Of a stretch of 27,152 bases of DNA, positions 1-7,995 are shown one piece after another. The notes beneath the pieces are model-generated. The model had not been told where the DNA came from. It ran no database searches and worked only from the letters and a program-made list of their open reading frames with translations. Every line of letters starts with the position of its first letter. The stretch's first letter is position 1. The DNA comes from a virus. Lineage: Duplodnaviria > Caudoviricetes. Location of the stretch: positions 1 to 27,152 of IMG/VR virus record IMGVR_UViG_3300048611_000087. The stretch is one strand, 5' to 3'. The position numbers and the translations under genes were made by a program.

Positions 1-1
1 C

Positions 2-397
2 ATTGATATAACTACCTCTGGTAATTCCTACGGTGTGACTAAGCACCTCAGTGACTTGGGCGGTAGAAATATCACAAGGAGCTTCTCCCACCTCAAACGT
101 TACTACAGTTAATCTTAGGGAAGAATTGCTTAACGTTAAGGGGAGATCAACCGTATTGTAAAATTCATCTGCTAAAATAGAGAAATAATCCTCATTTAAT
201 TCAACATCATTCCTCGCCCCATATCGAGCAACATTCCAATTACCGATAAGCAAAGTAAGATGTCCCCTGATAGCCCAACCTACTTCAATCAATCCCAGGA
301 ACATCATTAACAGAATAGGAAGGACAAGAGCTAATTCAACTAGCCCTTGTCCTCTTTCTTTACCAATTAAGACTTTTTGGGTAGGTTTTGTTGGCAT
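2..397 (-). CDS. TadE/TadG-like pseudopilin (runs off the window; absent from ORF track)
   Basis: Manual translation from ATG at 397: MPTKPTQKVLIGKERGQGLVELALVLPILLMMFLGLIEVGWAIRGHLTLLIGNWNVARYGAR... This has the prepilin G|Q-x-x-x-E motif, a hydrophobic helix and an 'ARYGAR' motif typical of TadE. No stop codon down to base 2. Confidence 0.85.
   Translation of the reverse strand, partial: MPTKPTQKVLIGKERGQGLVELALVLPILLMMFLGLIEVGWAIRGHLTLLIGNWNVARYGARNDVELNEDYFSILADEFYNTVDLPLTLSNSSLRLTVVTFEVGEAPCDISTAQVTEVLSHTVGITRGSYIN
129..140. promoter_or_regulatory. Dispersed palindrome copy CTTAACGTTAAG
   Basis: Exact 12-bp palindrome inside the TadE-like ORF. Confidence 0.55.
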
Positions 398-510
398 TTT
401 TGCTCTACTACTATCGCCCTCTTCGGGGAATAAAAATACTTGTCATAAGGTGATTGCCAAGCAATACCGCCCAATACTGACTGCCATCCTCGTTGCCTAA
501 GCTGTTTCAT
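367..510 (-). CDS. Hypothetical 47-aa protein (absent from ORF track)
   Basis: MKQLRQRGWQSVLGGIAWQSPYDKYFYSPKRAIVVEQKCQQNLPKKS* fills the gap between holin and TadE-like gene. RBS is weak. Confidence 0.45.
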   Translation of the reverse strand: MKQLRQRGWQSVLGGIAWQSPYDKYFYSPKRAIVVEQKCQQNLPKKS

Positions 511-529
511 CTGCTTCTTAGTCGGATGC

Positions 530-724
530 TTACTCAATTGGTTTATCCGTAACCCATCGTAGTACCACAGTCACAACGCTGATTATTAAAGCCCCATAGC
601 CGGTGTACTCGGTAGGTAATGTAGCAATTAGCGCCTGAAACTCCGGTAATGCCAGAATAGCCAAACCGAGTGCGGCTAACGTTGCTCCAAATCCTATAGT
701 CTTGCTCTGATACCATTTTTTCAT
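530..724 (-). CDS. Holin-like 2-TM protein, 64 aa
   Basis: Start reassigned to MKKWYQSKTI (ATG 724, AAGGAG upstream). Two hydrophobic segments and a 'LRWVTDKPI' end; lies directly after the putative lysin. Confidence 0.75.
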   Translation of the reverse strand: MKKWYQSKTIGFGATLAALGLAILALPEFQALIATLPTEYTGYGALIISVVTVVLRWVTDKPIE

Positions 725-746
725 TTCGTCATCTCCTTTTCTTAAT

Positions 747-2240
747 TTAGTCAATCGGGACAAGAGAAACTCTATATCTTTTTGCAAATTCAACTTGTCC
801 ATCAATTCTCAATTCAATTACCATCTCTTCTTGACCACCAGGGCCAGGGGATGGTGGGGGAGTAGTGCTACCTCCCTTTTGGGTTGCTTTGAAAATCGGT
901 TGAGGAGTTAAATGATCTGTGCCTCCCATCCACCCTAACTTCTTAGCACAGTCCGAACCAACAATTCTATTTATTTTATCAGGAGGATCGGTGTTAGGCC
1001 AAATTGCATCAGGGCCGCCGTTCTCTCCCACAACACTACCACCCCCATAGCCAAATCCAATAACCCCATTCGCATCGGTAAACCCCGCAACACCCCTTTG
1101 AAAATATGGGGGTTGAGGAGGAGATACAGGAGTATCAGCCCCAGGCCAACTTCTCCACATTAAAATGTTAGGGGAGGGTTGATGGTCGGATTGTTTTGTC
1201 TCAGGAAGATAAGCGGCGGGGCCAATTCGCAACTTAAACCCAACTAATTTCCAATACCACTGGCCGTCTTGCACTCCGTCCTCTCCCATCGACTTATCTA
1301 CCTCTACCTTAAAGTGAGAAGCCAATTCTTCAAAAGTGCTTATCCTTGGAACAATCGCAAAGGAAGAGTCGCCTTCCGGTCTTAAATCATCTACCCAAAT
1401 ATCATTCATTGTTTCGTCTCCGTCGTTCTCATCTATGACTTGTTGATAGTTTTTTATCAAAGGAACAATTGTCCCCAGTCCCTCAAATGTAGCCCAATCT
1501 GGATTACCCCCCATCTGGAAATGACAAGCTCCAATGACATAATCATCTTTCATTAGCTCATCGGAATACCATTTAAGAGATTCCCAAAAGTCCTCAGGAG
1601 AGATAGGGACAGGATGATTGTTTCCAGGTACACTATTTCGATCTGCTAAAAATCCTATATCCTCTGCGCCTGCATGTACTCCTTGGGTCATTCCACATTC
1701 TGTAATGATCACAGACCATTTATTACCTAATGCCGATATGACATCATTCATTATACGTCTATACCGTAAAGCCAACCACATTCCGCCGTTGCCCTCTTCT
1801 ACTCCTTGATTATGTAGCCTGTTCATCGTGGGCCAATCATACTCATGGAAGCCCAACCACTTGTATTGTTCTAAAACATCCCGATATAGATCGACCAGTT
1901 GAACACCCCTCATATTACCCGTCCCAAAATTAAAGGCAATAGGCTCAACTGGCAACCCTTCTAATCCGTCCTTAAATCCTAATTGGAAATGAGCGTATTT
2001 TCTATGCTCTATTTGAGGGGCAGTCTCTCCAAGAATTTCATTGTAGGATTCAAATCCATCAAATAGTCCTTTTTGAACAGCCGGAATAGATACTACTTGA
2101 TCGGCAAATTGTTTTCCTAATAGATAGGATGCTGTGAGACTACTTCCCAGAGGTTGATTAGCTACCCACAACCTACCAATGTAAAAGGCATCTGGGTTTA
2201 CTTGTCTGGCTTCCCTGATTAACCCCTCGTCTAATGCCAT
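747..2240 (-). CDS. Putative endolysin/cell-envelope hydrolase: clan GH-A-like TIM barrel plus C-terminal domain; true start probably upstream (~2366-2369)
   Basis: 'ESYNE' acid/base-like, 'GFHEY' and 'IITECG' nucleophile-like motifs. Adjacent to the holin. Frame is open for 43 more codons upstream. Confidence 0.6.
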   Translation of the reverse strand: MALDEGLIREARQVNPDAFYIGRLWVANQPLGSSLTASYLLGKQFADQVVSIPAVQKGLFDGFESYNEILGETAPQIEHRKYAHFQLGFKDGLEGLPVEPIAFNFGTGNMRGVQLVDLYRDVLEQYKWLGFHEYDWPTMNRLHNQGVEEGNGGMWLALRYRRIMNDVISALGNKWSVIITECGMTQGVHAGAEDIGFLADRNSVPGNNHPVPISPEDFWESLKWYSDELMKDDYVIGACHFQMGGNPDWATFEGLGTIVPLIKNYQQVIDENDGDETMNDIWVDDLRPEGDSSFAIVPRISTFEELASHFKVEVDKSMGEDGVQDGQWYWKLVGFKLRIGPAAYLPETKQSDHQPSPNILMWRSWPGADTPVSPPQPPYFQRGVAGFTDANGVIGFGYGGGSVVGENGGPDAIWPNTDPPDKINRIVGSDCAKKLGWMGGTDHLTPQPIFKATQKGGSTTPPPSPGPGGQEEMVIELRIDGQVEFAKRYRVSLVPID

Positions 2241-2369
2241 AAATTTAACAACTCTGGGCTTTAGCTCCTCTATGTATGATAGTACGTCTGAGCCACCTCT
2301 TTGGTGATGCCCAAAAATCTTATGATTGTACTGGAATTGTAATTTATGATGCTTTTGGTTATAGATAAT

Positions 2370-2564
2370 TCACCTCCTAATAATTGGCAGATATAGAGTG
2401 TATTCAAGTGTCTCAGGTCTTGCGGTGGGGCGCGGGATATTGGTTGCTGTTGGCCTAGGAGAATTTTGGATAGAGGCTAGAGTATCCGAGTGTGGTTGAA
2501 TACTGACAAAAATCACCCCTATTAAAGTTGTCATTAACACAATAATCAATTTAGCTTTAACCAT
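2370..2564 (-). CDS. Small secreted/membrane protein with Pro/Thr linker and C-terminal YLPIIRR motif
   Basis: N-terminal hydrophobic helix, PRPTAT/PRPTAR repeats, and a C-terminus resembling the Chloroflexota 'yLPlv.r' motif. Confidence 0.7.
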   Translation of the reverse strand: MVKAKLIIVLMTTLIGVIFVSIQPHSDTLASIQNSPRPTATNIPRPTARPETLEYTLYLPIIRR

Positions 2565-2569
2565 AAGAA

Positions 2570-2587
2570 AGCCTTAACGTTAAGGCT
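2570..2587. promoter_or_regulatory. Perfect 18-bp palindrome AGCCTTAACGTTAAGGCT
   Basis: Overlaps the stop of the beta-helix gene and lies 5 nt upstream of the next ATG (2564). Confidence 0.65.
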
Positions 2588-3896
2588 GATCGCTCTCTCC
2601 TATAACATCACCCAACCGATTGACTATATCCATAAGATCATCCCGAATGGCAGTTAGACTATCGTCCGGCAATGTCGGGTCAGGTTCAGGTTCAGGCGGA
2701 ATATCAATAGTAATAAACTCAAATGCCCCTATATCCGCAGACTTCCTGATATTGCCATCAAAGTCCTCTTCAGGTATGCCTTCTAGTGTTGCTGCCCCAA
2801 TTGCGGGGCTGGTTGACAAGAGATGGAAGTCCTTTTCACCAACAAACCCAGCCTCTTCAGTTAGGTTATGATGAAAATTTTCGGAAGGGCTGCTGCCCAT
2901 ATCTATGGCTTTTGCTGCGCCGACGATTATGTTGTTGAACGCAACTGTCTGAGAATGTTTGGAAGTTACATCAAGGCCAAAAGCCTCTCCGCCTACAATG
3001 GTGTTGTTGTAAATTCTGATCGTACCCCCATCATCCGAACCTTGCCTGAAAGCGCTTTTTCGGTTCTCGTACGCTTTGCCGAAAACGACCACGTTGTTGA
3101 AAACCTCAACATCCTTCCGGCATTGGTATGAGATATTCATTAAAAATCCTGTTCCACCCTCAAGCCAATTGTTGAAGACGCGGGCAGCACAATTAGCCCC
3201 AACGTCAATGTGTCCCCACTCATTTGGGCCGTTTATACAATCGAAGGCCCAATTGTGATGAATAAGACCGTCTTGGGGCGTTTTTGCCCCCCTTAGCTGA
3301 TAACCACCCATACAGGCGTGGGCTACATTGTAACAAATTTCAATGCGCTCCATTTGATATTCAGCATTATTTCCTTCCCAGTCCCCTACATAAGTCATTT
3401 CGGAGATTGCTTCAAAATAATTATACTCAACCAGAATATCTGTCATCTCCCAGGCAGGAAATTCTCCCGCGTGGGCATGGACTCCGGAAGCGTCATATCC
3501 TACAAAATGACAGAAGCGCACGACCAGGCCGAGAGACTTATTCCAGAAGCGAATTTTGCCCCTGAACTGAAACCCAAAAGGAATACCTGAAATATCCCCC
3601 CTTGCCATCTGAGACATATAAATTTGTTTATCTTCCTCAGACCACATACCAGAACCATCTATAATGATCCATTGGCAATCCACAAAAGGATTCTCAGCAA
3701 GAGTGGTTGATATTTTGCCTTTGTTGGTGAACGTGATCGGCTTGTCTCGCTCACCCACTAGGTTTTTTATTCTGAGCGTGTACTCCCCCACCCCTATTTC
3801 AAACACATCTCCTGGATTTATGGGGTTGCCCTTCCACCCCTCTTGACCGTTGATTTTAATTATTGGCCCATCTGACATTGTTATAAGGTGAATCAT
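2580..3896 (-). CDS. Right-handed parallel beta-helix (pectate-lyase-like) protein; possible depolymerase/tailspike
   Basis: Asn-ladder repeats (IHHNW, VFNNW, VFNNV, IYNNT, AFNNI), C-terminal 'DFHLLSTSPAIGAA..DFDGNIR..DIGAFEF' cap and PEPEP linker. RBS AAGGAG. Confidence 0.75.
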   Translation of the reverse strand: MIHLITMSDGPIIKINGQEGWKGNPINPGDVFEIGVGEYTLRIKNLVGERDKPITFTNKGKISTTLAENPFVDCQWIIIDGSGMWSEEDKQIYMSQMARGDISGIPFGFQFRGKIRFWNKSLGLVVRFCHFVGYDASGVHAHAGEFPAWEMTDILVEYNYFEAISEMTYVGDWEGNNAEYQMERIEICYNVAHACMGGYQLRGAKTPQDGLIHHNWAFDCINGPNEWGHIDVGANCAARVFNNWLEGGTGFLMNISYQCRKDVEVFNNVVVFGKAYENRKSAFRQGSDDGGTIRIYNNTIVGGEAFGLDVTSKHSQTVAFNNIIVGAAKAIDMGSSPSENFHHNLTEEAGFVGEKDFHLLSTSPAIGAATLEGIPEEDFDGNIRKSADIGAFEFITIDIPPEPEPDPTLPDDSLTAIRDDLMDIVNRLGDVIGESDQP

Positions 3897-3901
3897 TTTA
3901 A

Positions 3902-3997
3902 CTATTCTCCTTCTTGATTGTTAATAATTAATTCTAATCTTATTATTTCACGGTTCAATCGCTCGATTTCCCGTTCCTGTGCTGCAATCCCATCCTT
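3902..3997 (-). pseudogene. 31-codon coiled-coil fragment in frame after the tail-gene TAA
   Basis: KDGIAAQEREIERLNREIIRLELIINNQEGE* follows the stop at 3998 with no credible start of its own. Confidence 0.4.
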
Positions 3998-6900
3998 TTA
4001 AGTCTTATCAAAAATACCGTGTACAAAAACATATTCCTCACTGTCTGTCACCGATCCATCAAACTCTCTTTGTACCTCAATTTGTTTATCACCTGCTGCT
4101 ATTTCAGCCGCAGTAGCAGCGGCAAATGATTCATCTGTTCCCGCAACCGCTAATTCAGTATCCCGCACCCCTGCAAAGAATTCTTCCCCTGTCACATCCC
4201 AGTATACCACAAAAAGCTGTGTGCCTGTTGCTTGGTCGATAACGATACCGAAGCCTCTTGTATCTGTATTATAGTCAACAGTCCAGGAATACCCACCATC
4301 CAAGGAAATCATATCCCAACGGACATATGCCCCTGAACCAGTGTCATAGGTAGCTTGAGCTACAATGATCTTATTAACGTTAGTTACGCTCCCATACACA
4401 TCTATCCAAGTGTAAGTTAAATCTGTAGGAGTAACTCCCGCAGGTAAGTTTGTTAGTTCAGCAACCGAAGGAGTTCTATCAATCCAGTTTTTGCCGGCAT
4501 CAATGGATGTTAGAATACCTCCCTCTGTAGCAATCCAAAAAATACTATCCTCAGGGTCAGAGGATGACTGTAACCGCCACCAGTAGGGGGCAATGGCAAT
4601 CCGATTAACCTTTTTCTGATCAGTAGTGAGGTCTGTGTTTCGTGTTTCCCAAGACGAATCTTCCGCAATATAAACTTCAACCCCATTCGTCTTATCAGCG
4701 GTAACATAGAACTGCAAATTCATTTGAGGAGGTTGGGTAATGGTAGGAGTTGTATCAGGGTCAGGCAGTTCTCCTAAATCATCTATAGGTACTGTTCTGC
4801 CATCTAACCCTTGAGGAGATTCAACCTCAAAAATTACAGAAACCCTATCCGATGCTGTTTGAGTATTCCAGGCTTTGGTTACTTGAGTAGGTGACATTCT
4901 CAGGCTATTGTATTTGGTTACATTTCTCAGATTAGCCAACCTGGTAGCCGCAAAAACTTCTGTCCCTGTGTTTGTCCATTCAGCAACGGCAGGAGAGAAA
5001 ACATTACTCCATTCCCCATTCATCACCAGTTCTATTTCTTTCGGTAATCCATCCGAGACAGGGTTCAAAATAGAGTTTAACCGCCCCACTATCTGATTTA
5101 ATTCAGTTTGGTCAATAACCATTAACTGCCTGTAAGAAGGTTCGCTAGTCCCTGTTGCTTTTTTTACGTTCTGCGCCCTGGATCGAAACGGTGTCCAACT
5201 ACCCATCACCCCCGCAGAACTACCCCCATCTGCGGTTATTTGAGTTGTTTCCGACCTACTGGCTATTCGGATGTTGATAATATCCGCAACATCTACCTCG
5301 CTTAACGTTAAGACAGTATCAATAGTATTCCTGGCCGATTCGGTGAGTAGCATGTTAGGAAACTTCTCAACCACAACCTCACCCTGAGCCGTTCCGGTCA
5401 CAGTCATTAGACGACCATATGGCCCAGCCGTACTTAACGCCCTTTCCAATAAAGAGCCTTCTGTCCAATTCTCCTCCGCTGACCTCTTAACCGTATCTGT
5501 CCAGTCCATTATCCAATCCATTATCTCAGTAATGGTAGAGTGCCACAACAAGAGGTGTTGCAACAGAGCGGCTACATACATATAATCGGCCAGCATCTCC
5601 CACCACTCAGCAGGATTATTACCTACCCCCGATAAAGATAGGTTGTACATCGATATTTCGGGAAGGGTTTCAAGGTTGAGGGTTATCTGACCGTTATCCT
5701 CACTATCCATTGATTCCTGAGACGAGACAATGTAGCCGCGATAATAGATGTTATTCCGCTGAGTATACCTAGTTTCTTTCCGGTAAGTTACCTCAGTTTG
5801 ATCACTCCCATAATAGGTATCTTTGGTGAGGATGACTAATCCATTCTCAGGAAATAAACCCCAATCAACTGTAGGTGATCTTGCTCCACTTTTCCCTGTA
5901 TCTGGGGCGGTCAAAGTAACCGATGCACCCACGCTAATTTTATTTTTTGCCTCAGTGATAGGAGAAACTGTAAACTCAGTTACCCCCAGTGACCCGTCAG
6001 GGTCATATATAAAAGATCGTCTCCCTACCGATGAATTGCCATTATCATCCGTAACAGTACAGGACAAAATAAACTTTCTAGCTCCCCCTGTTCCTGGATC
6101 GAAATATGTTTGAGAAGCTGTATTATCTATAAATGCAGCATCGGCAGCAGACGAGGGGCTAAATGTCCAGGCAAAGGTTGATAATGATGCCCCGGTTGCT
6201 ACTGCCTGACTGTCAGCAGCATCTACATAAAGATAACCAGGAGGGGGAATAGATGCAGATAATGCCTCCATATTGTTAGTTATTTCTGTCAATTCTCCCT
6301 TAGTTAAATTCCGATTATAGACAACAACTGCCTTTATATTTCCTGACCACGCCGTTCCCCAAACAGCCCCACTATTATTATCGTTTACCCCACCTATCCA
6401 AGAGGTAACTGCGGTTGCTTCATCTAAAGTTTGATTTGTTAGATTAGCAGCATAACGGTTGCCTTTCCAAAATCCGTATTTAAGAGTAGAAACATCTCCC
6501 ATGCCACCCGTTACAACATCTTCAGCAATTTCTGAAGATAATACACTTGAAGCAGTAAAAGAAGATGTACCGTATAAAATACTTAATGTTGAGTTGGTAT
6601 CAGATGACAGTCGTAATACCCAAAAATCTGAGCCTACCGCAACCCTTTGGCCGAAAAATCCTTGACTAGCTGTTCCTGGAAATGACCCCGGCAATTCCAA
6701 TAAAACTAATGCCGTCCAACCGTTCAACATACTAAACCCGGTTTCCAGAGCATTAGACCCATTAAAGGTAAATCCAGTACCATTAGCCCAAGAAGGAGTG
6801 CCTGCCCCGTCTGTCAAATCATTAGTTCCTGGATTAGCTAAATTAGTCCTTGCGATTGTTTCCGTAATTGAGCCTATAAATTGATAAGCCCCCACAACAT

Positions 6901-7465
6901 CGGAAGTTGACAGGCTATCAGTCAACCACCAAGGATTATAGGTATTCGGTGTAATAACCGCATCTCTCCCCATCACAACGTGAGGAGGAGGAAGTTCATT
7001 TTCATCTGTGTAAGATAGCCCCGCACCTGTAGGAGATGGCGGCCCGTCTTTAGTAAACACAGTTGGATTTGCTTCAAAGTACGAAAACTTAGGTTCAGGT
7101 AATAGTGCAAGACAAATAGATATAGGCTCATTGTTTGTCAATAACAGATCATCATGCCAATCTACGACAAGATTACCTGTTACAACACCCCCCGCGTCCC
7201 CATTAAATTCTAGCAGCCTACGGCGGCGGGTAGGGTCATCATTAAAAATGACAACAAGGTGGGCATAAATATCCCCCACCAGAAAATCAGTTTCTAATGC
7301 TCCCCCATCAAATTCGATAACTTGCATGCCCCTGGTGGGGGATGCATCATTTACTAATCCTGTCCAAATAGGTTCAAACCCAAACCCATACAACCTTAGT
7401 TTGGAATACTGAGTATCCCTTGGAAGTCGTAGGAGAGTTAGGTCGGCTGCGGTTAAACTACCCAT
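3998..7465 (-). CDS. Large tail-tip/central-fibre protein with LamG-like, PKD/Ig-like and BNR beta-propeller regions
   Basis: Second gene after the tape measure. 'WSGNIKAVVVYNRNLTKGEL' (LamG-like), 'AWTF...SCTVTDDNGNSS' (PKD-like), and Asp-boxes 'SIDAGKNW' and 'SLDGGYSW'. Confidence 0.75.
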   Translation of the reverse strand: MGSLTAADLTLLRLPRDTQYSKLRLYGFGFEPIWTGLVNDASPTRGMQVIEFDGGALETDFLVGDIYAHLVVIFNDDPTRRRRLLEFNGDAGGVVTGNLVVDWHDDLLLTNNEPISICLALLPEPKFSYFEANPTVFTKDGPPSPTGAGLSYTDENELPPPHVVMGRDAVITPNTYNPWWLTDSLSTSDVVGAYQFIGSITETIARTNLANPGTNDLTDGAGTPSWANGTGFTFNGSNALETGFSMLNGWTALVLLELPGSFPGTASQGFFGQRVAVGSDFWVLRLSSDTNSTLSILYGTSSFTASSVLSSEIAEDVVTGGMGDVSTLKYGFWKGNRYAANLTNQTLDEATAVTSWIGGVNDNNSGAVWGTAWSGNIKAVVVYNRNLTKGELTEITNNMEALSASIPPPGYLYVDAADSQAVATGASLSTFAWTFSPSSAADAAFIDNTASQTYFDPGTGGARKFILSCTVTDDNGNSSVGRRSFIYDPDGSLGVTEFTVSPITEAKNKISVGASVTLTAPDTGKSGARSPTVDWGLFPENGLVILTKDTYYGSDQTEVTYRKETRYTQRNNIYYRGYIVSSQESMDSEDNGQITLNLETLPEISMYNLSLSGVGNNPAEWWEMLADYMYVAALLQHLLLWHSTITEIMDWIMDWTDTVKRSAEENWTEGSLLERALSTAGPYGRLMTVTGTAQGEVVVEKFPNMLLTESARNTIDTVLTLSEVDVADIINIRIASRSETTQITADGGSSAGVMGSWTPFRSRAQNVKKATGTSEPSYRQLMVIDQTELNQIVGRLNSILNPVSDGLPKEIELVMNGEWSNVFSPAVAEWTNTGTEVFAATRLANLRNVTKYNSLRMSPTQVTKAWNTQTASDRVSVIFEVESPQGLDGRTVPIDDLGELPDPDTTPTITQPPQMNLQFYVTADKTNGVEVYIAEDSSWETRNTDLTTDQKKVNRIAIAPYWWRLQSSSDPEDSIFWIATEGGILTSIDAGKNWIDRTPSVAELTNLPAGVTPTDLTYTWIDVYGSVTNVNKIIVAQATYDTGSGAYVRWDMISLDGGYSWTVDYNTDTRGFGIVIDQATGTQLFVVYWDVTGEEFFAGVRDTELAVAGTDESFAAATAAEIAAGDKQIEVQREFDGSVTDSEEYVFVHGIFDKT
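5301..5312. promoter_or_regulatory. Dispersed palindrome copy CTTAACGTTAAG
   Basis: Exact 12-bp palindrome within the tail-tip gene. Confidence 0.5.
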
Positions 7466-7548
7466 TTCTAGTGGCTTCCTTAGCCCAATGAGTATTTATA
7501 CCAAATGCCGCTGGAATCGCACCAGAAAGCTCCTCAGAGTGCTTAAAA

Positions 7549-7995
7549 CTAAAATGAAGCAGGGTCATTAACTATTTCCACCTGGTTAATAGTAAGGGTC
7601 ACTTGGCTTTGCAAACTTCCCTCAGTATTTTCGGCAGGTTGACTTGTGGGCAATATGGCCGTCCCTTTAATATCTATCCAATAATTGGGCGCACCAACCA
7701 TTGACCAATTCAGATTTATAGTTGCGTAAATCAACCCTCCGCCGTCAATCGCATCCTCCACTATCTTACGAATGGTATAAGCGTCAATCGGCCCTATATT
7801 ATTCCATACCCATACAACCGACCTCTGCCCTCTCAGTGATTGTCCCCCATCTGCCCGGTTACTACGTGTAGCAGACTCATTGTAGACAGGCAGAACAGGG
7901 TCAGGTAACTCCCAAGAGTCACCTAAATAACCATTAGCCAATCCCGCTAATGTAGGAGCTATTCGGATATAATCCATATTGGAAAAGCCGCTCAT
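7549..7995 (-). CDS. Probable distal tail (Dit-like) protein
   Basis: 148 aa, beta-rich, ATGA-coupled immediately after the tape measure. Call is by synteny. Confidence 0.55.
   Translation of the reverse strand: MSGFSNMDYIRIAPTLAGLANGYLGDSWELPDPVLPVYNESATRSNRADGGQSLRGQRSVVWVWNNIGPIDAYTIRKIVEDAIDGGGLIYATINLNWSMVGAPNYWIDIKGTAILPTSQPAENTEGSLQSQVTLTINQVEIVNDPASF

Noticed and set aside
397-530. Prophage attachment site after the holin
   Set aside because: No tRNA fragment or evident compositional break; the gap is filled by a small ORF, and the phage palindrome recurs beyond it.
2580-7465. Diversity-generating retroelement target or invertible tail-fibre cassette
   Set aside because: No ~100-nt adenine-variant repeat pair, reverse transcriptase, invertase or flanking inverted sites seen in the window.
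7458-7568. 36-aa micro-ORF (MTLLHFSF...) and a T-loop-like hairpin CTGG-TGCGATT-CCAG sharing the 9-mer GGTGCGATT with 22791-22799
   Set aside because: Weak RBS, no cloverleaf, and a single shared 9-mer is compatible with chance.
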